From Botryllus schlosseri (Eukaryota), in assembly GCA_051294905.1 (NCBI GenBank), contig CM119372.1, positions 36,086,001 to 36,150,000 of the forward strand: DNA of 64,000 nucleotides, written 5' to 3'. The position numbers and the translations under genes are program-made. Every line of letters begins with the position of its first letter. The first letter of the stretch is position 1. This document shows positions 13,373 through 25,663 of the stretch, piece after piece. A model generated the notes under the pieces. It saw only the letters and a program-made list of their open reading frames with translations, did not search any database and was not told where the DNA came from.

Positions 13373-14080
13373 TCGTAGATCTTGCACTGTCGGTGAACTT
13401 ATCATTGGATATTTTACAACCTGTAGCCAACTTCATAGGCATACCGTTGTAGACGGTCGATTGTCTGCTCATGGTGAATCGTAAACGGTCAGACGAAACA
13501 CAAATGTTGACATGGTGTTATGGTCAACGTACCGCAATATCCTAACTGAAGCAAGACTGCTTGGGTATTGCATGGTTCTTATATCAAGAAGCGTACGATG
13601 AAAATTGTGATGTAGACAACATTGTCAGAATGAAGGAACACGGTGTGTCACAAGCAGTGTACGCACACCTTTAGTGTTGTCAGCCAACACCTGCCTCTGT
13701 TTACCGTTATTTGTCCATTCTTGGCAAGCTACTGAGTAAGGACCGACACTTTCTACCCGAGAATATAGAAAAGTATGTTTCGTTGCACTACAACAAATTT
13801 TAATTATTTCTACCATATAATACGTGGAATTCTTCATAGGGCCAGATTCCGTTAAAATAAAGATTTTTCATGTAAAATTTGTCCGTTTTCAAGTCAATAA
13901 CGTTTTTTCGCACCAAACTACTTTGTATTGACAAACAGTTCCAACCAGAAATGACGATAAGTAGTACAATTTTATCATTATGTGCGAAAACACCTAATTT
14001 GGGCAAGATTATAGCTTTTTAGGCCAAAAAATGTCAAAATTTTAATTTTGTTAGGTCAAAATCCTTCGTTTTTAGGTCAA
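13373..14080. repeat. Unclassified dispersed repeat; second copy split at about 51930-52028 and 53080-53620
   Basis: Shared strings such as TTGCACT.TCGGTGAACTT, AACTGAAGCAAGACTGC, TAGACAACATTGTCAGAATGAAG and TACCCGAGAATATAG occur in both places. Boundaries approximate. Confidence 0.7.
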
Positions 14081-15850
14081 AGAAAAATCGTCCTACTCAT
14101 GATATAAATTAGGGCCTTTCCATTTTTCCTCTCTGGAATGTGTATCAACCGAAACATTTTAAAATGAGTGGACATGACCTTAGGCCTGATTATTGAACCA
14201 GCAATAAAATTTACAAATCCTGCAGTAAGACAAAAACTTGTCATTATCAGTTTATACATCTCTGTAGTAGCAGTTCCAATTGATTTTCACAATACTGGAA
14301 AATAAACGACAACTGAATACCAACACGCACACTGCTTGAAATCACAAATGACAATATCGACGATCGCACTTTTGGACATATTCAAGTGTGCTTCTGAACG
14401 CCACAACACACACCCAACTGGAACTGGAATGGTTTTATATGCAATTATAGGTAAATATACGTTTTGCGTAGTGACATAATACTTTGTTCCTGATAAGCAA
14501 TCTGATTCCATGTGTTGTCGTTCGTGTTCAAATGAATAATTTATTACCGCCAAAGTTCACACGGACTCGAACCTTCACTGTAGGTTAATTTCAAATATTC
14601 AAATGAGTATATCTAAGGCGAAAAAAATTATCTTACAAGAGCATAATGATCATTTCAGTTTTTTAAGCTGTTACTATTAAGTATGATATATTCATGTAGC
14701 ATGTTCCTAGAATACGTCTGACTCCTTTTAGATATCGGCAACACTTCCCAATGACGACACAGAACTGGATGACGATTTTGACCTCTTGTTGTATGTCACC
14801 TTCAGATGATAGCAACATATTATCGAAATAAAGATCCCCCTCCTGTAAATGAACAGAACGCCTCCACTTTCCCGTAACATTTTATGTAGGAAGCCACAGA
14901 GCCAATACCCGATGACGGTATTACAAACAATAAGACGTATATATAAAATTGAAATAATAGCAGTAACGAGGCAGATTTGAGAAGAAGGCGTAGCGGTATC
15001 AAAAACACGAATATGCAGCATTCAACATGAATTGTATAGCTAACACAATATATGTTGTCACAAAGGATTGCCCAGTCGGTCGGTAACATATATATATCGG
15101 CTGAACTGATTAAGTTGTTTATCAGTGATATTGGGGTTCTTGGCCACTATAGCGTAAACTGTAGCTGTAAAAGTATACGATATGAACTCCTCGTGGGAGC
15201 CACCGGTTTAAGGACAACAGGTTGCCGACTACGTTAATGTATAAATTTTGAACAATGAACGCATGTTCATGTGATGGAAAGAGTCATCAGTATACCTATT
15301 TGCAATGCTTCGCATCAGCATTCTAACTATTTATTGAACATGGTAAACGGTGTCGTATACGACTATTTTTCTATTAATAGCAGGTGAAATATATCAAGCT
15401 ACAATAAACATGCATCTAGCATCCGCGGGAATATACGGGGTCGAGTTTAGGCGACCTGATTTTTGCAGTAGGCCTAACGTACATATAAATATCACAATAT
15501 AGAAATTTAAATTCGCAAAGCCCGTAAGTCCAGAATACGAGTCGTCAGATATTATACACAGCGAATCCTCGATCTCATACCATCATTCAGAATCGGTTTG
15601 CACATGTCTGGATAATAACAGTTTAATATAAGATGATGGGTGGATCCACCCAACTGTGAAAATAGGCGTTGAAGTTTTAAAAGGTTAGTAACGTTAAACA
15701 GCTATGTTCCTAAATTCCAACAGCTGATCAGTGTGAACTATGAATTGCTTGCAAAGGGAGAATTACAGATATTGCATTATAAGCTGCCATTCTCTGGAGT
15801 TGAAGTCTCAATACAGTATGAAATCGTCACTTCAGAATAGTCATGCACAA

Positions 15851-16930
15851 TCAAGTGATCGGTAATGCAATGGTACATACACCGTTTCTATCCGGCACCA
15901 GATCATGCTCGTTAAAAATCGCTTGTGGGGTTTGTGACCCAGGGTTCGTTCCTCGTTGACCATTCACACTTTCCGCGCTTCCCGTTTGCTGTCTCTCTTT
16001 CCGCACACGATTACAGGGACGAGCCCAAGGAACAAGTCTCGATTTCCAGTCGTTAGGTATTAAATTGACGCAAGTCAGATTGATGATGAGGTTCAAATGA
16101 TTGACAGAGTACCGGAAATTAGTGGAGATGTGGAAATTCATATACAACAACGCGGTAACAGTGTCTGACACCAAACACAATGCGGTTACAATAGTCACTC
16201 GTTTAATGAGTCGAACATATTTGTGATCGGTGGGGATGTTACAAGTGCGATTATAATATATGGCCTTAGTCAAAGGATACACGAATAGAATCAACATTGG
16301 AAACTGGATTGACCAGGTAGCTAACATTAACGCAAATGTCAATGGGGTTGACTCCCAATTCTGAAAACCTAATGCTATGTAAATCATTGCAAAAATAGCA
16401 ACGGCTGCAACGTACACAAGGAAGAATTTACTGATAAATCTTGTCGTCCCAGTCGACAGATGATTCAACAGAGTACTTTTGTAGATAGCTCTTTGTCTTC
16501 TCCATATGTAAAAATATAGGAGGAGGAGTGCGATGGCACATAGGGACACGATGCAATAATTGGCTGGCAGCAAAAAATCAGGGGCGGGTATCCATGTATA
16601 ATTAGCTCCCGGGTAAGAAGAGTCGAAATTTCGAGAATAATTTGCTCCCAATTTTAACAGTTGTGGTGAAGATTGAACCTCTATGATGTATTCCTTCTCG
16701 TGCGTTGAAATAATGATATCCGACAAGGTGGAGACAATCACTAACGTGGAGCTAAACGCCAGGAGGATGCTCCCGAGACCATTTCTTGAGTCACTGCACC
16801 GACAGCACACATTTTTACGAAGTAAATAAATCCATTGCACAGCAGAAAGGTAGGCTGAGATTACACACCAAATGCATTCAAATCGAATGACGTTGTCCAA
16901 ATCTCCTAACGGAATGAATAGTATGGACAT
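15851..16930 (-). CDS. Orphan 7TM receptor-like protein, paralog 1 (359 aa from the likely ATG at 16930; the open frame extends to 17011)
   Basis: Uninterrupted ORF, seven hydrophobic segments, motifs VQWIY, WRRQRAIY, HLSTGTTRFISK, QFPMLILFVYPL, NLTCVNLIPNDWKSRLVPW. Start chosen by alignment with the paralogs and an upstream splice acceptor at 16988-16989. Confidence 0.88.
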   Translation of the reverse strand: MSILFIPLGDLDNVIRFECIWCVISAYLSAVQWIYLLRKNVCCRCSDSRNGLGSILLAFSSTLVIVSTLSDIIISTHEKEYIIEVQSSPQLLKLGANYSRNFDSSYPGANYTWIPAPDFLLPANYCIVSLCAIALLLLYFYIWRRQRAIYKSTLLNHLSTGTTRFISKFFLVYVAAVAIFAMIYIALGFQNWESTPLTFALMLATWSIQFPMLILFVYPLTKAIYYNRTCNIPTDHKYVRLIKRVTIVTALCLVSDTVTALLYMNFHISTNFRYSVNHLNLIINLTCVNLIPNDWKSRLVPWARPCNRVRKERQQTGSAESVNGQRGTNPGSQTPQAIFNEHDLVPDRNGVCTIALPIT

Positions 16931-19702
16931 GCGGTGTGGGGTCGAAAGAGATAATGAATATATTACGTATATTGCTCTGAAATTGGGCTGGAATACGAAC
17001 ACATACATCATAGATTGTATGCAGTCCGATTACAAACTGCGCCGAACAGTCACCGCGTTATTAATTCTTTGCGGCGCATAACCTAATATATTCCTGAATT
17101 TTAAACACTGACAAAAGCAGACAGCGAGAACATGTTTCCATTATCTGTTACCCTTCGTTGACGATACTTATTGGTGATGGCGCGAATCCTTAAAGGTTCT
17201 TATTCGCCGTCAACACGGACATATGACATCATAAGTTAATCTCAACGCGACTTACGTATTGCATTACCTGTCTATTTGTAAAGGATGATGCCGGTGTAGC
17301 AGTCATTAAGTACGCTGGGCCCAATATGATTAGAAATATGTCACGCACTAAGTGTGACTATATGATGATATAACAACATCTATTTGGTAAAATCTATAGA
17401 GATCTGGGGTGAGGCATAGCATCTCCCTGACCTTACTCACAGTTACTATTGTTGGGTGCTCTGATAACATTTTGAGCCCGCGAACAATTTCGCACCGCGG
17501 TACCCTAATATCATTCGTATTCGCCACTACGCGGGTGTAAATGCTCATGTACTCATTCTAGCCCGTTGTCAGGCCAAGCGCTTAGCGGGAATAGAGGCGT
17601 GGAATTGTATTACTCAATTATACTATCCGCAACAATGTCAAGCAATATTAAAGAGAATCACGAATTTATCGACCGTCCTAGGTTTATTTTTAGACGAAAT
17701 GATAGACGGTAGGACTTCTGTAAATTGCTGCTATTTAAAGACTATTTTACATCGTACAATCGTCCAGGACACGAAACTCTGAAATATCGAGGTTCGCACA
17801 ACCGTGAACAGAACGTTATCACCTGCGAAACTGCACATCAATATTGAAATCATCGGAAAGCGGTAATGAGAACATGTCCGTAAATGATCGATTTGCAAAA
17901 TCTATTACATATATTCTTTTATTGGACACTAACCTGACGTAATCCTAGCCGCTATTACAAATGTACGCTAATATGCCTGACTTTATTGAATAATCAATGA
18001 TCTAATGAACAAACATTGCCTGGCGCGATGTGTTCATTATCCTTTGATTCATGCAAACTCAAACCAAAACTCACATTAGGCCTTTTAACTATATGCCATC
18101 TAAATTCATTACTAGGTTGTAACCCAATTATGCTATTCTTCGTTTGCCCTTGGGATATTATCCGACTTACAATAACCTCATACACTGGAAAGTGCTTTCT
18201 CCACTAACGTTCCGCTATTAATATGACATCGAACACCGTGTGAGCGCCATCCAACATGTTGGTGTGAAATATAGTCTATTGCTATAGTGGGCGCTGCTTC
18301 CACAGCTCCTTCTTTCGTTTACAAATTAGTGCAGGGAGAGATGTCAAAGTATCGTTATGGTAGTTGCGGAAAATTAAATGCTGTCATTATGAGACAAACT
18401 CGCTAGTACTTTATGAAGCAGTGTGGACAATCGCCGAGTTTTGTCAGTTTTACCGTGTAAACACACAAACTCATAATTATTGGGAAAAACTTTTCGAAAT
18501 TTGATCACAAACCACGCTAGTTATTGTTTTCCTATTTGACGGTTTGCATATCGGTTCTCGGAATAGTCAGCCAAGGCGGTGAAACACTGTCTGAGGTGAA
18601 ATCAATCCCGGTGGGTGCAAATTCAGCTACTGACGTGGAAGTAGGTCGCTGGACTTCGGGGGGAGTTCGTTCACTCTCCGAGACACGTTCGTTTAGAAAT
18701 ATTAAGCGTGACGTGGAGACCAAACATGACAGGGCATGATATACATTCTATTACGGACTTCATCCGTTTGAGAATTTCTATTTATTGCGCAAGTCAAACT
18801 AGCATAGAGAAATCAACATTTCTCATCTAAGACAAGGGGTTCTATACCATTTCACCGTGCTCGCAGGTAAATGTTTAACAAATTAGCGTTCCGGTGAATC
18901 TATGAAATTCAAAATCAACCCTCCTATAGGTTATTTCAAGTAAACGTCTTGTTAAAACAATCAACTGGATTTTGAAGCTTGGTATGTTTAGATTGAATTG
19001 CGACTTCTCTGAAAATAGCGAAAGCATTCACTGAATTGGTTGTTTTCTATTGACATTTCATGAATGACTAATTTCGAACATTTTGCTCCACGAATATTAC
19101 GCAATTTGCAAATTTGTCGCGCACAAAGAGAAGTAAAGTGAAGTGATCTATAAAATATCTGAGCCTCGCCTGTGATAACAACCCGAGTCCATAATATATG
19201 TCAATAACTATCAACCAAGTGCTATTTTCGTGTATAGATTTCCCACATTAAAAATAAATAATGCAAGGCCAATACAACCACTTCCAAGTTACCGAGCCTA
19301 ATGATGTGAAAATCGGTTTTGTTACGCACATTGACAGCGTAGTGAAGCACAGACGATGTGATATGAATTCTGAAATCGCGACGGTCAATGTGTAATTCGG
19401 AGCATATACCATCGCATACAGACGTAGATGTTATGTATTTCCCATGTATAGCTTAGTTGTTGATACTTACCACCACCGTGCGTACCCGGCGTGTAAAGAG
19501 TTCTAATGTACTAAAAATACACATCGTCAACTGAATCAGATGAACTTTCATGCGTTACATATTTTATTTATTATTACTTATTTTGCTTCACAAACCATGG
19601 TCCTCGTCGTACGTCACTGGCGGGATTCATACCGTTTCGGAAGCCCAGAGCAAAATCAATTAACAGAAGATTCACGATTAAAACATAAATCATGTTGGTA
19701 AC

Positions 19703-20254
19703 AAGGGTTGAATTTAAAACAAACGGTGTTTTAAAACGCTTTTTTCAAAACATGTTTTAATTTAAACAAATGCCTTTATAAAAATCAAGCATGTCTAATT
19801 ATGCCATAATTGTGTAAATGCTTTCGTAAAAAACATGTGTTATGATCCTATACGAACGATTTGCACCCAATATCGTCGACGAATACGATGTGGTGTGGCT
19901 GGAACTCTCGAAATCGTCGTCGTTTCAACAGTTATAGCACGTAGATATATATCATTGGTACGGAAAGGGTGTTCTGATGATGAAGACGGCCGTTCGTAAA
20001 AATGCTGCATAACGATGTAGTCATATGGTTAAAGATATTTATGGTCTGAGTATGGCGGTGTTCGGAAGGCCTTTTCGCCGAAAGAGCCATATTTAACATA
20101 TATTTTCAATTGTCAATGTCAATCCACTGTGACGTCACCATTTAATATTCGTGACGTCATGGCTAAAACACCAACAATAAAAAACATGTTTTAAACAAGG
20201 GCTACGTTTTAAACATGTTTGTTTTAAATTGATATTTGTTTTAAATGCAATCCT
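19703..20254. mobile_element. Degenerate hAT-type MITE with AAACATGTTTT repeats
   Basis: AGGGTTG...CAATCCTA ends, repeated AAACATGTTTT near both ends, similar flanks (GTAACA). Confidence 0.5.
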
Positions 20255-20579
20255 ATGTGTAACACATCGCTACGACGATTTACATATTCATAATGAGTAT
20301 AACGCATAGCGAATATTCATGTGATGTTATTGCTGATCGAAATCCAGAACGTTGCGTTGCGTAATTCCCTGCGTATATCTTTCTTTCGACAGACCGGACT
20401 ATTACACGACTCTCTGTCCTGCATGTATACACAGACAACGCATCAACGACGACGGTTTTTTGTTACCGCCCGAACGGTATAATCCACCATAAATTCGAAT
20501 GTATATCAATATATATAAGAACGTCTAGTCATTTCTGAACAACGCACATTTATTGATGCGAATTTTACAGTAGAGTATC

Positions 20580-21500
20580 ACAGCGTGGCACTCTTATCAT
20601 TATTTTACATGCGATGCATGAAAGTCCTCTATCTGGCGTTTCTTGGGAATTGGTTATATGCCAAGACAATGCGTTTACAATCCTTCCATCGGATACTTTG
20701 CTTCGCTGAATAACATAATGGCGTAATGAATATATATTCCGCTATACGGAGCATGAATTATATTATCAAATCCATTTACCAAGAGAACTATCATATCAAG
20801 CCTGTGCCAGAAAAGAAGCTCGTGTATACCAACTAAAAATAGTTCATGAAGCTTAAGCTCTCTCTTCGCCCCGGTTAGTCGAAATTTCATGTCAATGACG
20901 TCATATTTTGTGATACGATTGTTGATATACAATGTTACTTCTAATTGTCTGTTAGTTGCTAACGAGAGAGAGAGAAAGATTATTTAGTTTCATCCAACCA
21001 AAATACATAACAAATAGACGGTGATGATGGTGGTACAGAAAATATACATGCACAATACTCGGTATCATATAGGAATGATCGAAACGACCGTGAAGGTCAA
21101 CTAGTTAAACAGGTACACTCGCCTCTATACAGTCTGGCTGTAAAAATGCTAGTTAAAATAGGAAAATAACAAAGAAATAATGAACGATGGTAGCTAAAGA
21201 TCAAATGATCAGTGAAGCAATGTCAGGTCGAGGTAGATCAAAAGTGTTAATATAACGACAAGAGGTGATTAAGTAAGTCTTTTTTAAATCGATCGCTAGG
21301 CAATTCAAGGATATGTTGTGGAAATGTATTCCAGATGATAGGTCCTGAGTAGTCGATAGATCTCTTAGTTAGGTTGCTATTGGGTGTGGGTACGTAGATA
21401 TTTCCCTTTGACGAAGATTTCATGTAATGGGAGACGATTACTCCTAACGAGAGTCAGCCAAAAATATTAGGGTTCAATTCAATATGAAGATATAGTTCTA
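20580..21500 (+). mobile_element. Decayed Penelope-like element 3' end, interrupted by a LINE fragment
   Basis: 20900-20963 plus 21434-21495 align with 52913-53035 (ATTTTGTGATACGATTGTTGATATACAATGTT...ACGATTAC..CT.ACGAG.GTCAGCC.AAAATATT.GGGTTCA). Left boundary approximate. Confidence 0.7.
20964..21432 (-). mobile_element. 3' fragment of a CR1/L2-group LINE
   Basis: Minus-strand translation GNIYVPTPNSNLTKRSIDYSGPIIWNTFPQHILELPSDRFKKRL, typical of a CR1/L2-group ORF2 C-terminus, followed by a UTR ending in (TC)n. Confidence 0.7.
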
Positions 21501-21704
21501 TTGAAACCATCAAAATATAATTTTCACAATAATTAAAACATTATAATGAATATTTCTTGCAGATCAGTGTGACTTCTGCTGTTTCCTCTTTTAGATACTA
21601 GTTCAGAAATGAGAGACTTCACCTTGGAAAGTGTCATCGTGATACCAATTGACATGTTTGGATTGTTACAGTGTGCTATTGGTTAGTTACTGGCAGTCAT
21701 TTGG

Positions 21705-22871
21705 TTATGAACGAAGCGAAATCTGTCTGACCGCAATGTGATCCGGTTTCTTTGCAACATGAATTGCTCTTCGGTGCACATTAGCAGGACCTGGAGAATA
21801 TCTTTGACGTCTTCCTTGACCGGCTGTCTGGCATATGACGATCCAAGGTACAAGACTTAATTTCCAGTCGGTTCGAATTCGATTAACGCAAATCAGATTG
21901 ATGATTAGGTTCAGATAAATGACTGAGTCGATGAAGTCTTTGAGGACGTTGATTTCTCGAATTAATATCGCCGCAACGGTATCCGTCGTTAAACATATTG
22001 CGGTCAAAGTAGTGACTCTCCGTAGCAGTCGGATGTATTTCTTCTCAGTCCTAATTTTGGATATGCGATTAAAATGTATGGCCTTGAACAGTGGATAAAT
22101 GAATAACGCAAGCATAGGGAGCTGCACTGTCCAAGGATACAGCAATATTACCCACGTAAGTCGGCCGGATGGTACGTACAATGGATCGCTGTGTGACTCC
22201 GACAAGATATACACCGCTGCAAATATGGTGACCGCGGCGACGTAGAGAATGAATAACTTGCTGATGAATCTCGTAACCTTGTTTGAGAGATGAGTCAACA
22301 CCTTTTTACTGTAAATGTCTCTTTGCCTTTGCCAAATCACGCCGTACATTGTCAGAAGCAAACTTTGAATGGAAGTCACCTCGAGAAACATTGTCGCATA
22401 ACGAAAATTAATTAGCTGCGGGCATCCGTCAGGAAGAACACTCCGGTTCAAAGTTGAGGCATCGGAGATAATTCTTTCCACAGAATAGAACTGGAGTAAA
22501 TTGGGTGACTTGCGTCCATATTCAAACGTCCTATTTCCCGATTTCTTTAAATTAGGGTGGGAGATATTCATCGCCGCACTTAAGATCATCCGCACCATCA
22601 ATTGTAAATCGCTCTTCTCGGAAAAGCATTCGCCTTGCATCAACTTCATGGCTAACGCACCCATACCCGATGAAATAGCGACCATGGTGCAGGTAACTGC
22701 CAGAAAAATGCATTGTACTATCATCCTCGTGATCTTACAACAGCGTCGAACATGCGTTCGAAACATATACACCCATTGAACGGTACACATGTAAACAGCT
22801 AGTCCCGAAGCCGCTGATTTGCACGCGATGGAAATGCCGAAATTGGTAAATTGATCATTTATCCAGGACAT
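21705..22871 (-). CDS. Orphan 7TM receptor-like protein, paralog 2 (388 aa)
   Basis: Intact ORF; VQWVY, YGVIWQRQRDIY, HLSNKVTRFISK, PWTVQLPMLALFIYPL, NLICVNRIRTDWKLSLVPW; longest TM2-TM3 loop of the four. Confidence 0.9.
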   Translation of the reverse strand: MSWINDQFTNFGISIACKSAASGLAVYMCTVQWVYMFRTHVRRCCKITRMIVQCIFLAVTCTMVAISSGMGALAMKLMQGECFSEKSDLQLMVRMILSAAMNISHPNLKKSGNRTFEYGRKSPNLLQFYSVERIISDASTLNRSVLPDGCPQLINFRYATMFLEVTSIQSLLLTMYGVIWQRQRDIYSKKVLTHLSNKVTRFISKLFILYVAAVTIFAAVYILSESHSDPLYVPSGRLTWVILLYPWTVQLPMLALFIYPLFKAIHFNRISKIRTEKKYIRLLRRVTTLTAICLTTDTVAAILIREINVLKDFIDSVIYLNLIINLICVNRIRTDWKLSLVPWIVICQTAGQGRRQRYSPGPANVHRRAIHVAKKPDHIAVRQISLRS

Positions 22872-22966
22872 GACTTCAATATCTACTGTAAACGAAATAT
22901 ATGATCACTACTTGTAACATAGCAAAACAAAAAACCTAGTCATACTGATTCTACTACAGCCTAGAT

Positions 22967-23288
22967 CAGTGCTTCCCATCCTTTTTAGACTCATCGCCCC
23001 CTTTTCAAGCTACACACCGATCGTCGCCCCCAAATACTGGGAACCGAAAAATGGGCATACAAACTGTAATCACCGGCGAGTGGACTAAAAAAGGTCAACT
23101 TTTCGGCTCGACCTCAAAATTACACTTCTACAGCTAAATTTTTGTGAGTTGAGTAAAAAAAGGTCATTTCTCCGACTTGACTCAAATATACAGCCGCTTA
23201 AACGCGCCATCGCCCCCTTCGTTATTTTCGCCCCGATAGACCGCCAAATCGCCCTCTGGGGGATAATATCGCCCACGTTGGGAACCAC
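22967..23288. mobile_element. hAT MITE about 95 bp upstream of paralog 2
   Basis: CAGTGCTTCCCA...GTTGGGAACCA; flanking CCTAGAT on both sides; internal TCGCCC repeats. Confidence 0.7.
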
Positions 23289-24804
23289 CTAGATCCTATA
23301 ACGTAAATCCCCCTATCCCGTGAGGGAAAATAGACCAAATTAATACATATATGAATAGATGTATATCCCAAAGGTGCACTCGGTTCCGATTTTGTGTCAA
23401 CCCCGGGAAATCTAAAAAGAGATAGTATCTGAAAACTGAGGACATTACGCCCCGTAACATATATTTATACGAATTAATGTATTTGACTCGTTTTGACCAA
23501 TTGCAATACAGGTGAAAGCAAAATTTGGTAGATACATCTACTCGACCCCGTGTATTTACATACATCTGCATACTGCATCTCCAGTAAATATGGTCCCGCG
23601 CGGTATGGCTCCAACATTGTTTTGCGGGAATACTGTGATTTGAATTTTCGGAAAAAGCAGTGCCATTACGATGTTTTCAGTGGGCCACAGAGCTGGCATG
23701 ACATAAAGTCAGAGCTGCCGTGCAGCCCCTTTCTATAAGATTTGTCTTTGCTTAGAAGCGCAATAATCTCTTGAAAATTACTCTCGAACTGGTACGTAAT
23801 GGGATGTCATGGTGGCGCTCGAGCTAGATCAGACCAGTCATCAACTTCCCAATTTTTGCGGTTTGGCTTTGATTGAACGTTATTGGCCCGACGTCAGGTT
23901 TTAATTGATTTGATGGACCATTAGAAAAAAGGTTGAAACCCCTGAATGTATCATTTTTAAAGTGCTAAAATAATTCGCAAAGCGATTCCGTGTCGCGTGC
24001 ACCTCCGTCTATACATAAACGCTACATTTAACTACACGATGAGACACTGCTCATATGGCGTGCACCGTGTGATGACTAATTACTAATCCGACAATCACAT
24101 GTATGACTCAAATGAAATTTGTACGTGTTGTGCGTGCTTACGATCAGCGTTACATTGAGTCGAGCCGCTCAAAATGCGACAGTGCTCAAAATCCGACAGT
24201 GCCATTGAACGATTTGCAGTATCATCGCGTATAAACAAGTTGTATAACGTTGCGATAATCAAGTTGTAAAACGTCTTTACCTGAGATGCTTTGTTTGTAT
24301 CTAATATTATCTCTAGGTTCTGGGGTAGAGAACACATTACTAATAAAATCGATTATTAGGATGCTGACGGAATTGACTACAAAGAGAATGTTTCATTTCA
24401 CGCTAACACGCGATGTGCACGCTTTCCTTCGATTGAATCAAAATGTCTCGGTGCAACTCTTTCGAATTCTCCGATTCGCATTCGTATAATGACTGTGCAC
24501 TGTGCAGCTGTGTGCGTGCATTGTCCAGTGTTCATTTTACGGCATTGGCAGAAGTCCGAAGAGTCCCTGCTCCTATTCTGACTGACTAGCGCACAAATAC
24601 CCAACGGTACAAAATCTATACCAGTCAATCAGGCAGCATGACACATTCAGTTTTTCTTTTGATCTCTAGCATTTGGAATAAGGAATACGCTGCTTTGAAA
24701 CCTCTTGAGTATAGCGACTGATCTATTATACCTATACTGGTTTAATTGGAAGCAGATAGCATGATGTAAATGTAAAAGATAAAATATACTTATATATTCT
24801 GGCG

Positions 24805-25663
24805 CAGTGGTTCTCAAACTGCATTGGGGCGTGGAAGCGTCTGAAGAGGGCGCGAAGTCGCCTGAGTGAAATGAGGTTTATTGAACTCAGAATGAGTTTA
24901 ATTAGTGCTGACACTTTCAAGTTTCAAGCACGTCAATAATTCTAATTATATACGATTTGAAAAGCCAGAGTGGCCTAGTTGCCACACGCCGATGCTAGAT
25001 TGTGACTGACACGGGACCTTGCACTGTGTCACATGCCATGCATAATATGTCTTTTGAAACTAAGAAACAAGGCTTTATATCGAAGTGATTTATAGCGTCC
25101 AAATAGTCGTTCCGAGTATACTCAATTAGGACACATACTGTAAAGTGCCACTCAAGAAGGTCAATTTATCGCAGCCAAAAAGTAATCAAATAAATTATTC
25201 TCTCGCCGAACGAACACCAGCTACCGGTTGAGAAAAATGTTAGTCCCGTGACGATGTGCCAAGTTTGAATGGCGTGTGGAACGCGCAATTGGTTTATTTT
25301 GATTTAGCAAATGGTCGGATAGGTTTGAGCCAAGCCCAAGCCAGGAAATAGAAGGGATAGACAGCAAAATCGCTTGAATATTTATGTTCTATACGTGCTA
25401 CCATCGCACATGATTATAGTTTTGACAAAATATTCAACTGCACGCGATTTACCTCCTGCTCATGATTATTGCTCCATGTATAGTCTGAAAATCACATTCG
25501 GGAGGTCTCTCAACAGCCATAACCTTCTATGCCATCACCCCATGAGTTCAGATTGCAAATAGTCTTGTTTCCCTTTTAAAGATTTTTTGATATGACGATA
25601 AGCGGGCGTCAAATCTTTCATCGTCATCAAGGGGGGCGTGTCCAAAAATGTTTGGGAACCGCG
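24805..25663. mobile_element. hAT MITE
   Basis: CAGTGGTTCTCAAAC...GTTTGGGAACCGCGG; near-TSD TTCTGGCG/TTCTGGAG. Confidence 0.6.

Noticed and set aside
16931..17011. 27-aa N-terminal extension of paralog 1 in the ORF track
   Set aside because: It has no counterpart in the other paralogs and spans a likely splice acceptor, so it is probably not translated.
19974..20000. CTGATGA motif suggesting another hammerhead
   Set aside because: No properly placed GAAA box or supporting stems.
21544..21650. Segment just downstream of paralog 2 matching 30815-30908, at first suggesting a conserved 3' UTR element of the 7TM genes
   Set aside because: On the minus strand it encodes a Charlie-type hAT transposase tail (ISELVS...KSH*), so it is a TE fragment.
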